Assembly (NCBI GenBank): GCA_964594835.1
Contig: CAZQNA010000006.1
Location: 1-64,000, forward strand
Direction: 5' to 3'
From: an uncultured Nitrososphaerota archaeon
Lineage (GTDB): Archaea > Korarchaeota > Korarchaeia > Korarchaeales > Korarchaeaceae
Length of the DNA stretch: 64,000 nt
In this document: positions 45,443 to 54,969 of the stretch, piece after piece
How positions within the stretch are numbered: the stretch's first letter is position 1
How the letters are laid out: every line of letters starts with the position of its first letter
The notes under the pieces: generated by a model
The model's input: only the letters and a program-made list of their open reading frames with translations
The model's database searches: none
What the model was told of the DNA's origin: nothing
Made by a program: the position numbers and the translations under genes

Positions 45443-46584
45443 TCGGACTCAAGCTTCCCCGCGATCGCGTCGACGACCCCCTCGGTCAGGACCCGCCTGG
45501 CGAACGAGCTCGACCTGAGTTCTCGGGCGGCCTCCCCGGGATCCCCGGGCAGCGTTTCCAGCCCATCTCCCCCCTTGTATACGTTGAAGGAGGCCTCCTC
45601 CGGCGGGGTCAGCCCCTCCTCCACCCCCTCGAGGCCGGCGGCGACCGTCAGGGCGGCCACCAGGTGGGGGCTGGACGACGAGTCGGGGGCCCTGAACTCT
45701 ATGCGGTCGAAGGACCCGCTGTACCACGGCACCCGTATGAGCGCGGACCTGTTCGACCTGCCCCACGCCAGATATACGGGGGCCTCGTGCCCCGGGACGA
45801 GCCTCTTGTACGAGTTCACGGTGGGGGCCGCCACCGCCGTGATCTCCCTGGCCCTCCTCAGGACGCCCGCCAGGAAGGAGAGTCCCACGTCGCTCGGGCC
45901 TCCCCCCGCCCGAAACGCGCTCCTCCCGTCCCTAAGGAGGCTGACGTGCAGGTGCATCCCGCTCCCGTTCACCCCGGAGAAGGGCTTCGGCATGAAGGTC
46001 ACCCCCATGCCGGCCGCCTCGAACTCACGCCTCACCAGCGCCCTCAGCGCAACCACCGAGTCGCAGACCACCAGCGGGTCCCCTCCCGCGGGGACGATCT
46101 CGTACTGCCCCGGCGCGACCTCGTGGTGGAACTTCGTAACCTCCAGGCCCAGCTCCCCCGCGGACCTCACGACGTCGAGCAGGACCCCCTCTATCCCCTT
46201 TGGGGGGAGGGAGAAGTAGCCGAGCCCGTCGGCCGGCTCCACCGACCCCTCCCCTCGCCTCCTTATGACGAAGAACTCGGGCTCGAACCCCACCCTCACC
46301 TCGAACCCCATCTCCGACGCGAGCCGCAGGACCCTTCGGAGGATCTCCCTGGGGGAGTGCTCCATCGCCCGACCGGAGGGCGTCAGGACGTCCGCGAACG
46401 TGAGGCCCCCCCTCCCGTTGAACTCAAGGCGTATATCGCTGTTCTGGGTCTCGGCAAGCCACCTCACGGAGGATCCGTCCATGCCGGCCTGCCGGACTCC
46501 TCTGCCGAACAGGTAGACGACGCGGAGAGACCCGACGTGGTCGGGCACGGCCACCATGATGGGCTCGCGCGGCTGTTCGATCAT
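45346..46584 (-). CDS. Glutamine synthetase family (type I) protein
   Basis: DGSSV, EPEFF, HHEVAPGQYE, FMPKP, GSGMHLH, NSYKRLVPGHEAP, NRSALIRVP, IEFR. Confidence 0.88.
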   Translation of the reverse strand: MIEQPREPIMVAVPDHVGSLRVVYLFGRGVRQAGMDGSSVRWLAETQNSDIRLEFNGRGGLTFADVLTPSGRAMEHSPREILRRVLRLASEMGFEVRVGFEPEFFVIRRRGEGSVEPADGLGYFSLPPKGIEGVLLDVVRSAGELGLEVTKFHHEVAPGQYEIVPAGGDPLVVCDSVVALRALVRREFEAAGMGVTFMPKPFSGVNGSGMHLHVSLLRDGRSAFRAGGGPSDVGLSFLAGVLRRAREITAVAAPTVNSYKRLVPGHEAPVYLAWGRSNRSALIRVPWYSGSFDRIEFRAPDSSSSPHLVAALTVAAGLEGVEEGLTPPEEASFNVYKGGDGLETLPGDPGEAARELRSSSFARRVLTEGVVDAIAGKLESDYREYLREVGDWGSTWSKVSDWELSKYLDVGF

Positions 46585-46672
46585 TGAGGGACCGGTGAGG
46601 GCGGTCAGTAATATCTTGATTGGAGGTTTGATCGAACGAATGATCACCTTTATAGTAAGGGGGTGAACGATC

Positions 46673-47179
46673 GTGCCGATGCCTCCCTCTCGGCTCCGCG
46701 GGGCAGACCTAGACGAGCTGGACCTCAGGCTGATAAGGGCGATCTCCGCCCTCCCCGGGGCCTCGATAAGGACCCTGGCAGGCGTCCTCGACGTATCCCC
46801 CTCGACCGTGTCCAAGAGGGTCAGGAGGCTCAGGGAGCTTGGGGTGCTCAGGGGTAGGGGGCTGAGGCTCTGGTTCGACTACGAGAGGCTCGGATTCGAC
46901 CTGACCGCCATAATCGAGGTCACCGTCTCCGGCGGGAGGCTACTGGAGGTGGAGAGGAGGATCGCGGAGGACCCACACGTCACCGCGGTCTACGACGTCA
47001 CCGGCTCCTCCGACGTGATAGTGGTGGCGAGGTTCGAGGGGAGGGCTCAGCTGAGCGAGTTCGTCAAGGGCCTCCTGGCCATGCCCAACGTGGAGCGGAC
47101 CAACACCAGGGTCGTCCTGAACGTGATCAAGGAGGACGACTCGGGCCTCATCGCCCTGATCACCTCTGAAGGGACCTGA
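46673..47179 (+). CDS. Lrp/AsnC family transcriptional regulator
   Basis: LDELDLRLI HTH, VYDVTG, VERTNTRVVLNVIKE; divergent from the GS gene. Confidence 0.9.
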   Translation: MPMPPSRLRGADLDELDLRLIRAISALPGASIRTLAGVLDVSPSTVSKRVRRLRELGVLRGRGLRLWFDYERLGFDLTAIIEVTVSGGRLLEVERRIAEDPHVTAVYDVTGSSDVIVVARFEGRAQLSEFVKGLLAMPNVERTNTRVVLNVIKEDDSGLIALITSEGT

Positions 47180-47665
47180 TCACCCCTTGATGGCGGGAGG
47201 GGTGACTATCCCGAGGCGCATCGCCTCGGGCAGGATCTCCCTGACCTTGTTCAGGAGCTTGGAGGTCTTTCCCGGGTCCTCAAACGAGGAGACGAGCCTG
47301 TCCACGGCCTTCCTGACGTGCTTCGGCAGCATGAGCTTCCTGCCCCTGAAGGCCGGGGAGGCCAGGAGGATGCTCGCGTCCCGTCCGGCCCTGCTCAGGA
47401 TCCCCGAGTCGGAGAGCTCCTCCGTTATGTCCCTGAGCTCCTCGCACGAGGGGAGGCCGGAGGCGAGCTTCCAGCTGAGGCCGAGCCCGGGCCTCCCCTT
47501 CCTCGCAAGCTCGAACTCCACGAGGAAGAGGATGAGCTGGAGCCTCACGAGGGTCAGGCCCTCCCTCGCCCTGGAGAGCGTGTAGACGACGAGGGTGTCG
47601 GGCTTGACCGATGCCTGACCTGGGTCGCCTGAACTGGACAAGAGATCTCTCACGGGAGGCGACAT
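47180..47665 (-). CDS. Hypothetical protein, weak SocA/Panacea-like winged-helix pattern
   Basis: LVRLQLILFLVE ... W ... GLPSCEEL ... LSDSGIL. Confidence 0.4.
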   Translation of the reverse strand: MSPPVRDLLSSSGDPGQASVKPDTLVVYTLSRAREGLTLVRLQLILFLVEFELARKGRPGLGLSWKLASGLPSCEELRDITEELSDSGILSRAGRDASILLASPAFRGRKLMLPKHVRKAVDRLVSSFEDPGKTSKLLNKVREILPEAMRLGIVTPPAIKG

Positions 47666-47749
47666 GCCGACGGCACCCTTCTCGAGAGTCCTATCGACTC
47701 TGAGGGGGCTCCAATATAGGATTTTCCGACCCCGGCGCCGGCCGGCCCC

Positions 47750-48568
47750 CTAGGACCCCCCTCCCCTCAGCAGTGAGGCCAGGTAGGCGGCTGCGCTCAC
47801 CATCCCGGCGATGGCGCTGGGCGACACGTTGACGACCGTGGAGAGCGAGAGGCCGACCGCTATGGAGGCCGCGGAGATGAGGAACGCCAGGGCCATGCAG
47901 TGCTTCGGCCCCCTCGCGTACCTCACCGCCGCACCGGCCGGCGCGACGATGAGCGCGTAGACCAGTATTGCGCCGACCGCCTTGGTCATGGCCGACACGC
48001 TGAGCGCGATGACGGTCAGCATCACCCAGTCGTAGAGCCCGACCCTCAGCCCGTGCGCCTCCGAGGCGACCGGGTCGAAGGACGAGTAGATGAACTCCCT
48101 GTAGAAGGCCGTGACCGCCGCCAGGGACAGGGTCGCGGTTAGGGCGATGATCGCCAGATCGACGGGGGAGAGCAGGAGTATGTCTCCCACCAGGTAGCCC
48201 CAGACCATGGGGAGCCTCTCTGGAGGGAGCCAGTACATGAGCAGCACGGCCAGGCTCATGGACCCGGCGAAGGAGACCCCGACGGCGACCTCCATGGAGG
48301 CCCCTCCCCTCCCCCTCCCGGACCTGCCCGCCGCGCCCACCACCGACGCGACAACCACGGCCATCCCGGCCGCCCCAATCGTTGGATCCAGCCAGGGGAG
48401 CCTGGGCTGCAGGAGGAGGGCCAGGGCCGCTCCCCCCAGGGCCGCGTGGGCCGCCGCGCTCACTAGGAAGGAGAGCCCCCTGTAGACGACCAGCGGGCCG
48501 AGAGCGCCGGCCGCCACGGACACGAGCGCCCCGGCCACGGCCGCCAGAAGCACGGTCTCCAGAGCCAA
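47750..48568 (-). CDS. Metal ABC transporter permease (ZnuB/MntB type)
   Basis: AAAHAALGG, YLVGDIL, SFDP, VGAILV. Confidence 0.92.
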   Translation of the reverse strand: MALETVLLAAVAGALVSVAAGALGPLVVYRGLSFLVSAAAHAALGGAALALLLQPRLPWLDPTIGAAGMAVVVASVVGAAGRSGRGRGGASMEVAVGVSFAGSMSLAVLLMYWLPPERLPMVWGYLVGDILLLSPVDLAIIALTATLSLAAVTAFYREFIYSSFDPVASEAHGLRVGLYDWVMLTVIALSVSAMTKAVGAILVYALIVAPAGAAVRYARGPKHCMALAFLISAASIAVGLSLSTVVNVSPSAIAGMVSAAAYLASLLRGGGS

Positions 48569-48579
48569 CCTTCACCACC

Positions 48580-49368
48580 TCACCTGTGGGCGTCCCCCAC
48601 TATGGCGTAGCATATCCCTCCCAGCTCCACGACCCTCGCGGTCGGCCCGTAGATCCTCTCCAGGTTCTCCGGGGTCAGGACGGCGGCGAGGGGTCCGGCG
48701 GCGACGAGCCTGCCGTCGCTCAGCAGGGCCACGTAGTCCGCTATCGCCGCGAGCGGATTCACGTCGTGCGTCACCACGACCGACCCCACCCCCCTCTCCT
48801 CCCTAAGGCGCGCGAGGACCTCGGCGATCTTCCCGCGGCTCTCCGCGTCCACCGCCGAGAGGGGCTCGTCCAGGAGCAGCAGATCGGGCTCGGAGGCCAG
48901 GGCCCTAGCGATGAGGACCCTCTGCTGTTGGCCGCCTGAGAGGGTCCTGAAGCACCTGTCCCTTGCCCACATCATGTCCACGAACTCCAGCGCCTCCTCC
49001 GCGGCCTCCACGTCCTCTTGGGTTGGCCTCCTCGGCGGGCCCTTCTTGATCAGCCTGGCCATGAGGGCCACGTCGATCACCCTCAGCGGGACGTCCCAAG
49101 AGACCTCCTCCTTCTGGGGGACGTAGGCAACCCTCTTCCTCACCTCGTCCACCCTCTCCGGGACCGGGAGCCCGAGGACCCTCATCTCTCCGCCGAGCAC
49201 CCTGGCCATCCCCAGGGCAGCCCTTAGGAGCGTCGTCTTCCCGGCCCCGTTCGGCCCCATTATCACCGCGACCGAGGGGTGGGGGATGGACAGCGTCACC
49301 TCCCTCAGCACGGGCTCCCCGTCGTACCCCACCTCCAGCCCGACGGCCTCGATGGCGCTCCCTCCCAA
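48580..49368 (-). CDS. Metal ABC transporter ATP-binding protein
   Basis: GPNGAGKTT, YVPQ, LSGGQQQR, LLDEP, THD. Confidence 0.93.
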   Translation of the reverse strand: MGGSAIEAVGLEVGYDGEPVLREVTLSIPHPSVAVIMGPNGAGKTTLLRAALGMARVLGGEMRVLGLPVPERVDEVRKRVAYVPQKEEVSWDVPLRVIDVALMARLIKKGPPRRPTQEDVEAAEEALEFVDMMWARDRCFRTLSGGQQQRVLIARALASEPDLLLLDEPLSAVDAESRGKIAEVLARLREERGVGSVVVTHDVNPLAAIADYVALLSDGRLVAAGPLAAVLTPENLERIYGPTARVVELGGICYAIVGDAHR

Positions 49369-49381
49369 GCCCCTCACCTCC

Positions 49382-50380
49382 CTATGCCGCCTTCCAGAGG
49401 GCCACGGCCAGGCCGAGGATCGCAATGGCGGAGGCGGCCACGACGCAGGTGGCCAGGGACCACCCCCCGGGCGAGGCGGAGGGCGAGCCCCTGAGGCTGG
49501 AGTCTATGGATCCCATGTTCCACGCCCAGAGCGCCTCGTATCCGGGGATCCCGCTCGAGAGCACCCTGACCCTCAGGACCGTTGCCCCGTGCTCCTCGGC
49601 GAGCTGAATCGCCATCTCTCCGGGCTTTAGCCCCTCGCTGACCTCTGAGACGGTTACGAACCTTATCTCTCCCCTCTCCATGGCCTCCCCCAACTCGTCC
49701 AGCTCTCCGGCGCCTATCACGGCCCCGGGCCCCCTGCCGAGGGTGTCCACGGGGATCATCCCCAGGGCCGAGGCGACGTACGCCTCCGCCGGCACGGAGA
49801 CCACGACCTTCTGGGCGACCAGTCCCCTCGACGTGGAGAACTCCCTGATGGAGGACTTCAGCTCCCCTACCCTCGCGCGGAACGCCTCGAGGGACTCCTC
49901 GTACTGTCGAGCGCCCTGGGGGTCCACCCTCTTCAGGTCCTCGGCAACAGCCTCGGCCACGGCGACCGCGTTGTCGGGGTCGAGCCAGAACCCGTGGATG
50001 TTCTCCCCTCCCTGACCCGGGACCGGGATCAGCCTCAGACCGTGCCTCTGGTAGTCCTCCAGCCCGATCACCGGGGCGTCGGTCACCTCGGAGACCTGCT
50101 CCTCAACCGGGAGGTGGGCGACCGTCACCACCAGGTCGGCCCCCCTCACTGCGTCTATGACCTCGGGCGTGGCCTGGTAGGTGTGGGGCTCCGCCCCCTC
50201 TGGGACGATCACGTAGACGTCCACCCTGCCCCCAGAGACCTCCTCCACTATGTCCCCCAGGGGCTTCAGGCTCACGACCACCAGCGGTCTGCTGGACTGG
50301 GACGACGCCGGGACGGCCTGCAGGACCGCCCCGGCCGCAAGCAGGACAGCCATGGCCAGGAACAAGGGACGCCTCTCCAT
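49382..50380 (-). CDS. Metal ABC transporter substrate-binding protein (cluster A-I) with C-terminal anchor
   Basis: EPHTY, NIHGFWLDP; signal peptide and C-terminal TM. Confidence 0.9.
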   Translation of the reverse strand: MERRPLFLAMAVLLAAGAVLQAVPASSQSSRPLVVVSLKPLGDIVEEVSGGRVDVYVIVPEGAEPHTYQATPEVIDAVRGADLVVTVAHLPVEEQVSEVTDAPVIGLEDYQRHGLRLIPVPGQGGENIHGFWLDPDNAVAVAEAVAEDLKRVDPQGARQYEESLEAFRARVGELKSSIREFSTSRGLVAQKVVVSVPAEAYVASALGMIPVDTLGRGPGAVIGAGELDELGEAMERGEIRFVTVSEVSEGLKPGEMAIQLAEEHGATVLRVRVLSSGIPGYEALWAWNMGSIDSSLRGSPSASPGGWSLATCVVAASAIAILGLAVALWKAA

Positions 50381-50388
50381 GACCGGGC

Positions 50389-50814
50389 TCACCTCCCCGC
50401 CACTTCAGGGTGCGGGATTGGCCTGCCGTGGGGACAGGCCCTCGGGTGGCCCATCCTCTCGCACAGCCTGACCACGGCCTCCCTCGGCAGCAGAACCTCC
50501 AGCCTTGAGGCGGCCTCGCAGGCGACCTCCGGGTCTATCCCGAGCTCGCGGAAGAGGAAGGCCTCTATCACCCTGTGCCTCCACAGCAGCTCCTCGGATA
50601 TCGCGGCCCCCTCGAAGGTCAGCCTCACCCCCTCCCCCCTCCTGTACTCTATCAGCCCCATCCTCTCCAGCCTCTTCAGCGCCGCCATGGCCGTCGGGAG
50701 CCTGACACCGAACTCCCTGGCCACCTGAGAGGGCGAGGGCGCCCCGTCCGAGTCGCCGAGGAACCTGAGGTACCTGCAGTCCCTGGCCGTCAGCCCCAGG
50801 TCGTCGGGCAGCAT
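50389..50814 (-). CDS. DtxR/MntR family metal-dependent repressor
   Basis: PTAMAALKRL HTH, RHRVIEAFL, CPHGRPIP. Confidence 0.92.
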   Translation of the reverse strand: MLPDDLGLTARDCRYLRFLGDSDGAPSPSQVAREFGVRLPTAMAALKRLERMGLIEYRRGEGVRLTFEGAAISEELLWRHRVIEAFLFRELGIDPEVACEAASRLEVLLPREAVVRLCERMGHPRACPHGRPIPHPEVAGR

Positions 50815-50816
50815 CA

Positions 50817-50861
50817 GTTAGCGCGGCGCTAACGGGAAGAAAAACTTAGCGCCGCGCTAAG
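50817..50861. promoter_or_regulatory. Two DtxR-type operator palindromes
   Basis: GTTAGCGC-G-GCGCTAAC (50817-50833) and CTTAGCGC-C-GCGCTAAG (50845-50861), both perfect 8-1-8, directly upstream of the repressor start. Confidence 0.8.
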
Positions 50862-50937
50862 GTGGCCGGGATTACGCTCAGAGTCGATGCAGGTTATGGT
50901 TATTACAGAAGCCTTCGAGGGGCCAGCAGGTGCGAAC

Positions 50938-52188
50938 ATGGGCAAGGGACAACTGATTGGAATCTTGGTGGTACTGATCGTCATAATAGCGGGAGTCTGG
51001 TACGCCACGAGGCCCAAGGCCCCGACCACCCCTGCGCCCACGACCCCGGCCCCCACCACGGCCGCCCCGACCACAACCGCGCCCCCTCAGACCACGGCCC
51101 CGCCGAAGAAGGTCAAGGTGGCTGTCATGTTCGACATAGGCGGCAGGGGAGACCTGGGGTTCAACGACATGGCTTGGATGGGGGCTGAGAGGGCCAAGAA
51201 GGACTTCGGCGTCGAGGTCACCTACGTCCAGCCCAGGTCCGAGGCCGACTACATCCCGAGGCTCAGGGAGCTCGCCGGCAGCGGCGAGTACGACCTGATA
51301 GTGGGCGTCGGCTTCCTCCTGACCGACGCCATCCACCAGGTGGCCCAGGAGTACCCGAACCAGTACTTCGCCATAGTCGACTCCCTCACCCCCGACCCCA
51401 ATGTCAGGGGGATCCTGTTCAAGGAGAACGAGGGGTCCGCCCTGGTGGGCATCCTGGCGGCCTATGTGACCGAGAACAACAAGGTTGGCGTCGTCCTGGG
51501 CATGGAGATCCCCGTGCTGTACCACTTCGAGGCCGGCTTCTACTGGGGAGTCAACTACGTCGAGAACAAGACCGGGAAGGATGTCCAGATCATCTACAAG
51601 TACACGGGTAGCTTCGTTGACAGGGCCCTCGGCAAGCAGGTCTCCGAGGGAATGCTGGCCCAGGGGGCCGACGTCCTCTACAACGTCGCCGGCCTGACCG
51701 GCCTCGGAGTCCTCGACGCGGTGCACGACTACAACGTCCAGCACGGCCAGGAGTTCGGCCCGCCCTTCGCAATAGGAGTCGACAGCTGCCAGGACTGGAT
51801 GTACCCAGGCCACGTCATAGCCAGCATGATGAAGAGGGTGGACAACGGCGTCTACTACGCCATCAGGGACGTGGTGTACGGCAACTTCACCGGCGGCATC
51901 ATGGCCTATGGGATAAAGGAGGGAGGCGTGGGCATAAGCGGGCTTGACGAGCTCCAGGCCTTCATGCAGATAGCCCAGGAGATGGGGACGGAGCTCCCCG
52001 ACACCCCCGACAACATAGTGGCCAAGTGGCAGCAGATGAGGGCCGCGTATCCGGAGGAGGTCTGGAACACCATCGAGGAGGTCAAGCAGAAGATAATCAG
52101 CGGCGAGATCCAGATCCCAACGACCGACTCTCCCGAGGAGATCCAGGCCATCAGGCAGAGGTACGGCGTTGGAGTCCTGGGAGGCTGA
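50938..52188 (+). CDS. BMP family ABC transporter substrate-binding protein (nucleoside/purine type)
   Basis: GGRGDLGFND, GVGF, FKENEGS, IGVDSCQ, SMMKRVD; N-terminal TM plus Pro/Thr linker. Confidence 0.92.
   Translation: MGKGQLIGILVVLIVIIAGVWYATRPKAPTTPAPTTPAPTTAAPTTTAPPQTTAPPKKVKVAVMFDIGGRGDLGFNDMAWMGAERAKKDFGVEVTYVQPRSEADYIPRLRELAGSGEYDLIVGVGFLLTDAIHQVAQEYPNQYFAIVDSLTPDPNVRGILFKENEGSALVGILAAYVTENNKVGVVLGMEIPVLYHFEAGFYWGVNYVENKTGKDVQIIYKYTGSFVDRALGKQVSEGMLAQGADVLYNVAGLTGLGVLDAVHDYNVQHGQEFGPPFAIGVDSCQDWMYPGHVIASMMKRVDNGVYYAIRDVVYGNFTGGIMAYGIKEGGVGISGLDELQAFMQIAQEMGTELPDTPDNIVAKWQQMRAAYPEEVWNTIEEVKQKIISGEIQIPTTDSPEEIQAIRQRYGVGVLGG
51019..51104 (+). repeat. Low-complexity Pro/Thr linker repeats
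   Basis: Encodes APTTPAPTTPAPTTAAPTTTAPPQTTAPP. Confidence 0.7.
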
Positions 52189-52270
52189 GCTCCAGCCCCC
52201 ATCTCCCCTTTTTATTATCCAGCCGCGAACCGCCCAGTCGCCTGACTGGCGCGCGGACGGTGATCACGCG

Positions 52271-53839
52271 TTGACCGAATACGCGATAGAGATGAGGGGG
52301 ATGGTGAAGATCTACCCTGGGGGCACGGTGGCCCTCAGGGGGGTGGACTTCGCCGTCCGGGAGGGAGAGATACACGGGCTCCTGGGGGAGAACGGCGCCG
52401 GGAAGACGACCCTGATGGAGATACTGTACGGCACCAGGAGCCCCACGGAGGGCGAGATCCACGTTCGCGGGAGGAGGGTGGAGATCAGGAGCCCGAGGGA
52501 CGCCATGGCCCTAGGCATAGGGATGGTGCACCAGCACTTCACGCTCATACCCGTGTTCACCGCCCTGGAGAACGTGGTCCTGGGGGACGAGCCGGTCAGG
52601 TCGGCCGGACTCCTGGATGTGCAGGCGGCGAGGGCCAGGGTGGAGGAGCTGATGGAGCAGACCGGCCTGCACGTCCCCCTGGACGAGCCCGTCGAGAACC
52701 TGTCCACTGGCGAGAGGCAGAGGATCGAGATACTCAAGATGCTGTATCGAAACGCCGAGATCCTCATTCTGGACGAGCCCACGGCCGTGCTCACACCGCT
52801 GGAGACGAGGGAGCTCTTCGCTTTCCTGAAGAGGATGAAGGAGGAGGGCAGGACCATAGTGTTCATCACACACAAGCTAAGGGAGGTCAAGGCGATCACC
52901 GACAGGGTCACGGTGCTCAGGAGAGGGAGGGTCGTGGGGACCGTGGACACGGCAGAGGTCTCCATGGAGGAGCTGGCCAGGATGATGGTGGGCAGGGAGG
53001 TCCTCTTCAAGCTCGAGAAGAGGCCCAGAGAGCCCGAGGAGCCGAAGCTGATCGTCGAGGACCTCTGGGTCAGGGGCGAGGGCGGAGACTACGCAGTCAA
53101 GGGGGTATCCTTCGAGGTGAGGGGAGGCGAGATATTCGGCATAGCTGGCGTGGAGGGCAACGGGCAGACCGAGCTCGTCGAGGCGATAACCGGTCTCAGG
53201 GCGCCGGAGAGGGGCAGGGTCACCCTGGCGGGGGAGGACGTCACCGGCGTGAAGCCCCACCACCTCTACGCCAGGGGGCTGGGCCACATCCCTGAGGACA
53301 GGCACAGGAGGGGGATAATCCTGGAGTTCACCGTGGCGGAGAACTCGATCCTGGGGCTCCAGAGGCTCCCGCCGTTCATGAACAAGTGGGGGGTCCTCCA
53401 GGAGTCCGTGGTGAGGGACTGGGCCAGGAAGGTCGTCGAGAGGTTCGAGATAGACACGCCAGGCATCGACGCCCTAGCCTCCTCCCTGAGCGGCGGGAAC
53501 CAGCAGAAGCTCATCGTGGGCAGGGAGATCATGAAGGACCCGAAGGTGGTCGTCGCCGCCCAGCCGACAAGGGGGCTGGACGTGGCGGCCACGGAGTACA
53601 TCAGGAGGACCCTGCTGGAGATGAGGGACGAGGGGAGGGCCGTCCTGCTCGTCTCTGCCGACCTGGACGAGGTTCTCATGCTCAGCGACAGGGTCGCCGT
53701 GATGTACGAAGGGGAGCTGATGGGCGTGGTGAGGCCGGAGGAGGTGACGCTGGAGGAGATCGGCATGATGATGGGAGGCGTCAGGCTGGAGGAGGTCAGG
53801 GCGAGGGCCGCGGCGGGGGCCGGCGGGGGAGGTGGTTGA
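52271..53839 (+). CDS. CUT2-type ABC transporter ATP-binding protein (two NBDs)
   Basis: GENGAGKTT, VHQHF, LDEPT, PEDR, LSGGNQQK, QPTRGLD. Confidence 0.93.
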   Translation: MTEYAIEMRGMVKIYPGGTVALRGVDFAVREGEIHGLLGENGAGKTTLMEILYGTRSPTEGEIHVRGRRVEIRSPRDAMALGIGMVHQHFTLIPVFTALENVVLGDEPVRSAGLLDVQAARARVEELMEQTGLHVPLDEPVENLSTGERQRIEILKMLYRNAEILILDEPTAVLTPLETRELFAFLKRMKEEGRTIVFITHKLREVKAITDRVTVLRRGRVVGTVDTAEVSMEELARMMVGREVLFKLEKRPREPEEPKLIVEDLWVRGEGGDYAVKGVSFEVRGGEIFGIAGVEGNGQTELVEAITGLRAPERGRVTLAGEDVTGVKPHHLYARGLGHIPEDRHRRGIILEFTVAENSILGLQRLPPFMNKWGVLQESVVRDWARKVVERFEIDTPGIDALASSLSGGNQQKLIVGREIMKDPKVVVAAQPTRGLDVAATEYIRRTLLEMRDEGRAVLLVSADLDEVLMLSDRVAVMYEGELMGVVRPEEVTLEEIGMMMGGVRLEEVRARAAAGAGGGGG

Positions 53840-54968
53840 GGTGAGGCTGGACCTCAGGCAGTACGCGAAGCCGATCGCCGAGTCCGTCCTCTCCGTCCTG
53901 ATAGGGGTGGGCATCGGCACCCTCCTGGTCATCCTGGCAGGCTACAGCCCGATCGTGTTCTTCAAGGCCCTCTTCGGCGGGGCGCTGAGGAGCAGGAACG
54001 CCTTCCTGGACATGCTCAGCTACATGGTCCCCCTGACCCTGACGGCCATCTCCTTCGCGGTGGCGGCCAGGGCGTCGGTGTTCAACATAGGGGCCGAGGG
54101 GCAGATGTACATCGGAGCCCTCGTGGCCAACGCCATAGGGGTGATGGCCCTCCCGAGGGGGGTCCACCAGCTCGTGGCCATCGTGGCGGCCTTCCTGGCC
54201 GGCGGGTTCTGGGGGTGGATAGCTGGCATACTGAAGGCGAAGAGGCAGGTTAACGAGGTGGTCTCCACAATAATGCTCAACTGGCTGGCCTTCTACCTGG
54301 TCAACTATATGGCCACCTATCACCTCTACGACCCGAAGGCCCCCTACAAGACCGAGTACGTCAGGGAGACCGCGAGGCTCCCGGAACTCATCCCCAGGAC
54401 CTCTCTGACCCTCGACTGGGTGCTGACGATACTCATAGCGTTCCTCATATTCTTCCTAGTGTGGAAGACCTCCCTCGGCTACGAGATCAGGGCCACCGGG
54501 ATAAACCCGACTGCCGCCGAGTACGGGGGCGTGGACCCGTCAAGGGTCATCTCCGTGTCCATGTTCCTGGCCGGCGGGTCTGGAGGCCTGGCAGGCGCCT
54601 TCCTGGTGCTAGGCAGGTTCGGCTTCATCACCACGACCCTCACCAACATACTCAACTGGGGGTTCGACGGGATCGCCGTCTCCCTGGTCGGGAGGAACCA
54701 CCCGATAGGGATACTCTTCTCGGCCCTGTTCTTCGCGCTCCTGTACAACGGCGCCCTAGAGGTCCAGGTGGCGACGGCCACGGGCGGCAAGACTGGGGTG
54801 CCGATAGAGCTTGTCCTGGCCGTCATGGGGATCATAGTGATCGCGGTAGCGGTGCCGGGTCTCTGGGACATGGTGCAGGAGAGGCTCAGGATCAGGAGGC
54901 GCAGGGTCGAGGTCCGGGCGGAGGCCGAGGGGGCGGCCCCCGGCGCTGGGGAGGGGGAGGTGAGCTGA
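53832..54968 (+). CDS. ABC transporter permease
   Basis: FNIGAEGQ, NEVVSTIMLN, GFDGIAVSLVGRNHP. Confidence 0.92.
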   Translation: MVEVRLDLRQYAKPIAESVLSVLIGVGIGTLLVILAGYSPIVFFKALFGGALRSRNAFLDMLSYMVPLTLTAISFAVAARASVFNIGAEGQMYIGALVANAIGVMALPRGVHQLVAIVAAFLAGGFWGWIAGILKAKRQVNEVVSTIMLNWLAFYLVNYMATYHLYDPKAPYKTEYVRETARLPELIPRTSLTLDWVLTILIAFLIFFLVWKTSLGYEIRATGINPTAAEYGGVDPSRVISVSMFLAGGSGGLAGAFLVLGRFGFITTTLTNILNWGFDGIAVSLVGRNHPIGILFSALFFALLYNGALEVQVATATGGKTGVPIELVLAVMGIIVIAVAVPGLWDMVQERLRIRRRRVEVRAEAEGAAPGAGEGEVS

Positions 54969-54969
54969 C

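Noticed and set aside
44533-46587. 684-aa plus-strand ORF and many similar long shadow ORFs (e.g. 56099-57520, 3433-4551, 39598-40701)
   Set aside because: Arg/Gly/Pro-rich alternate-frame or antisense products of high GC, overlapping well-supported genes.
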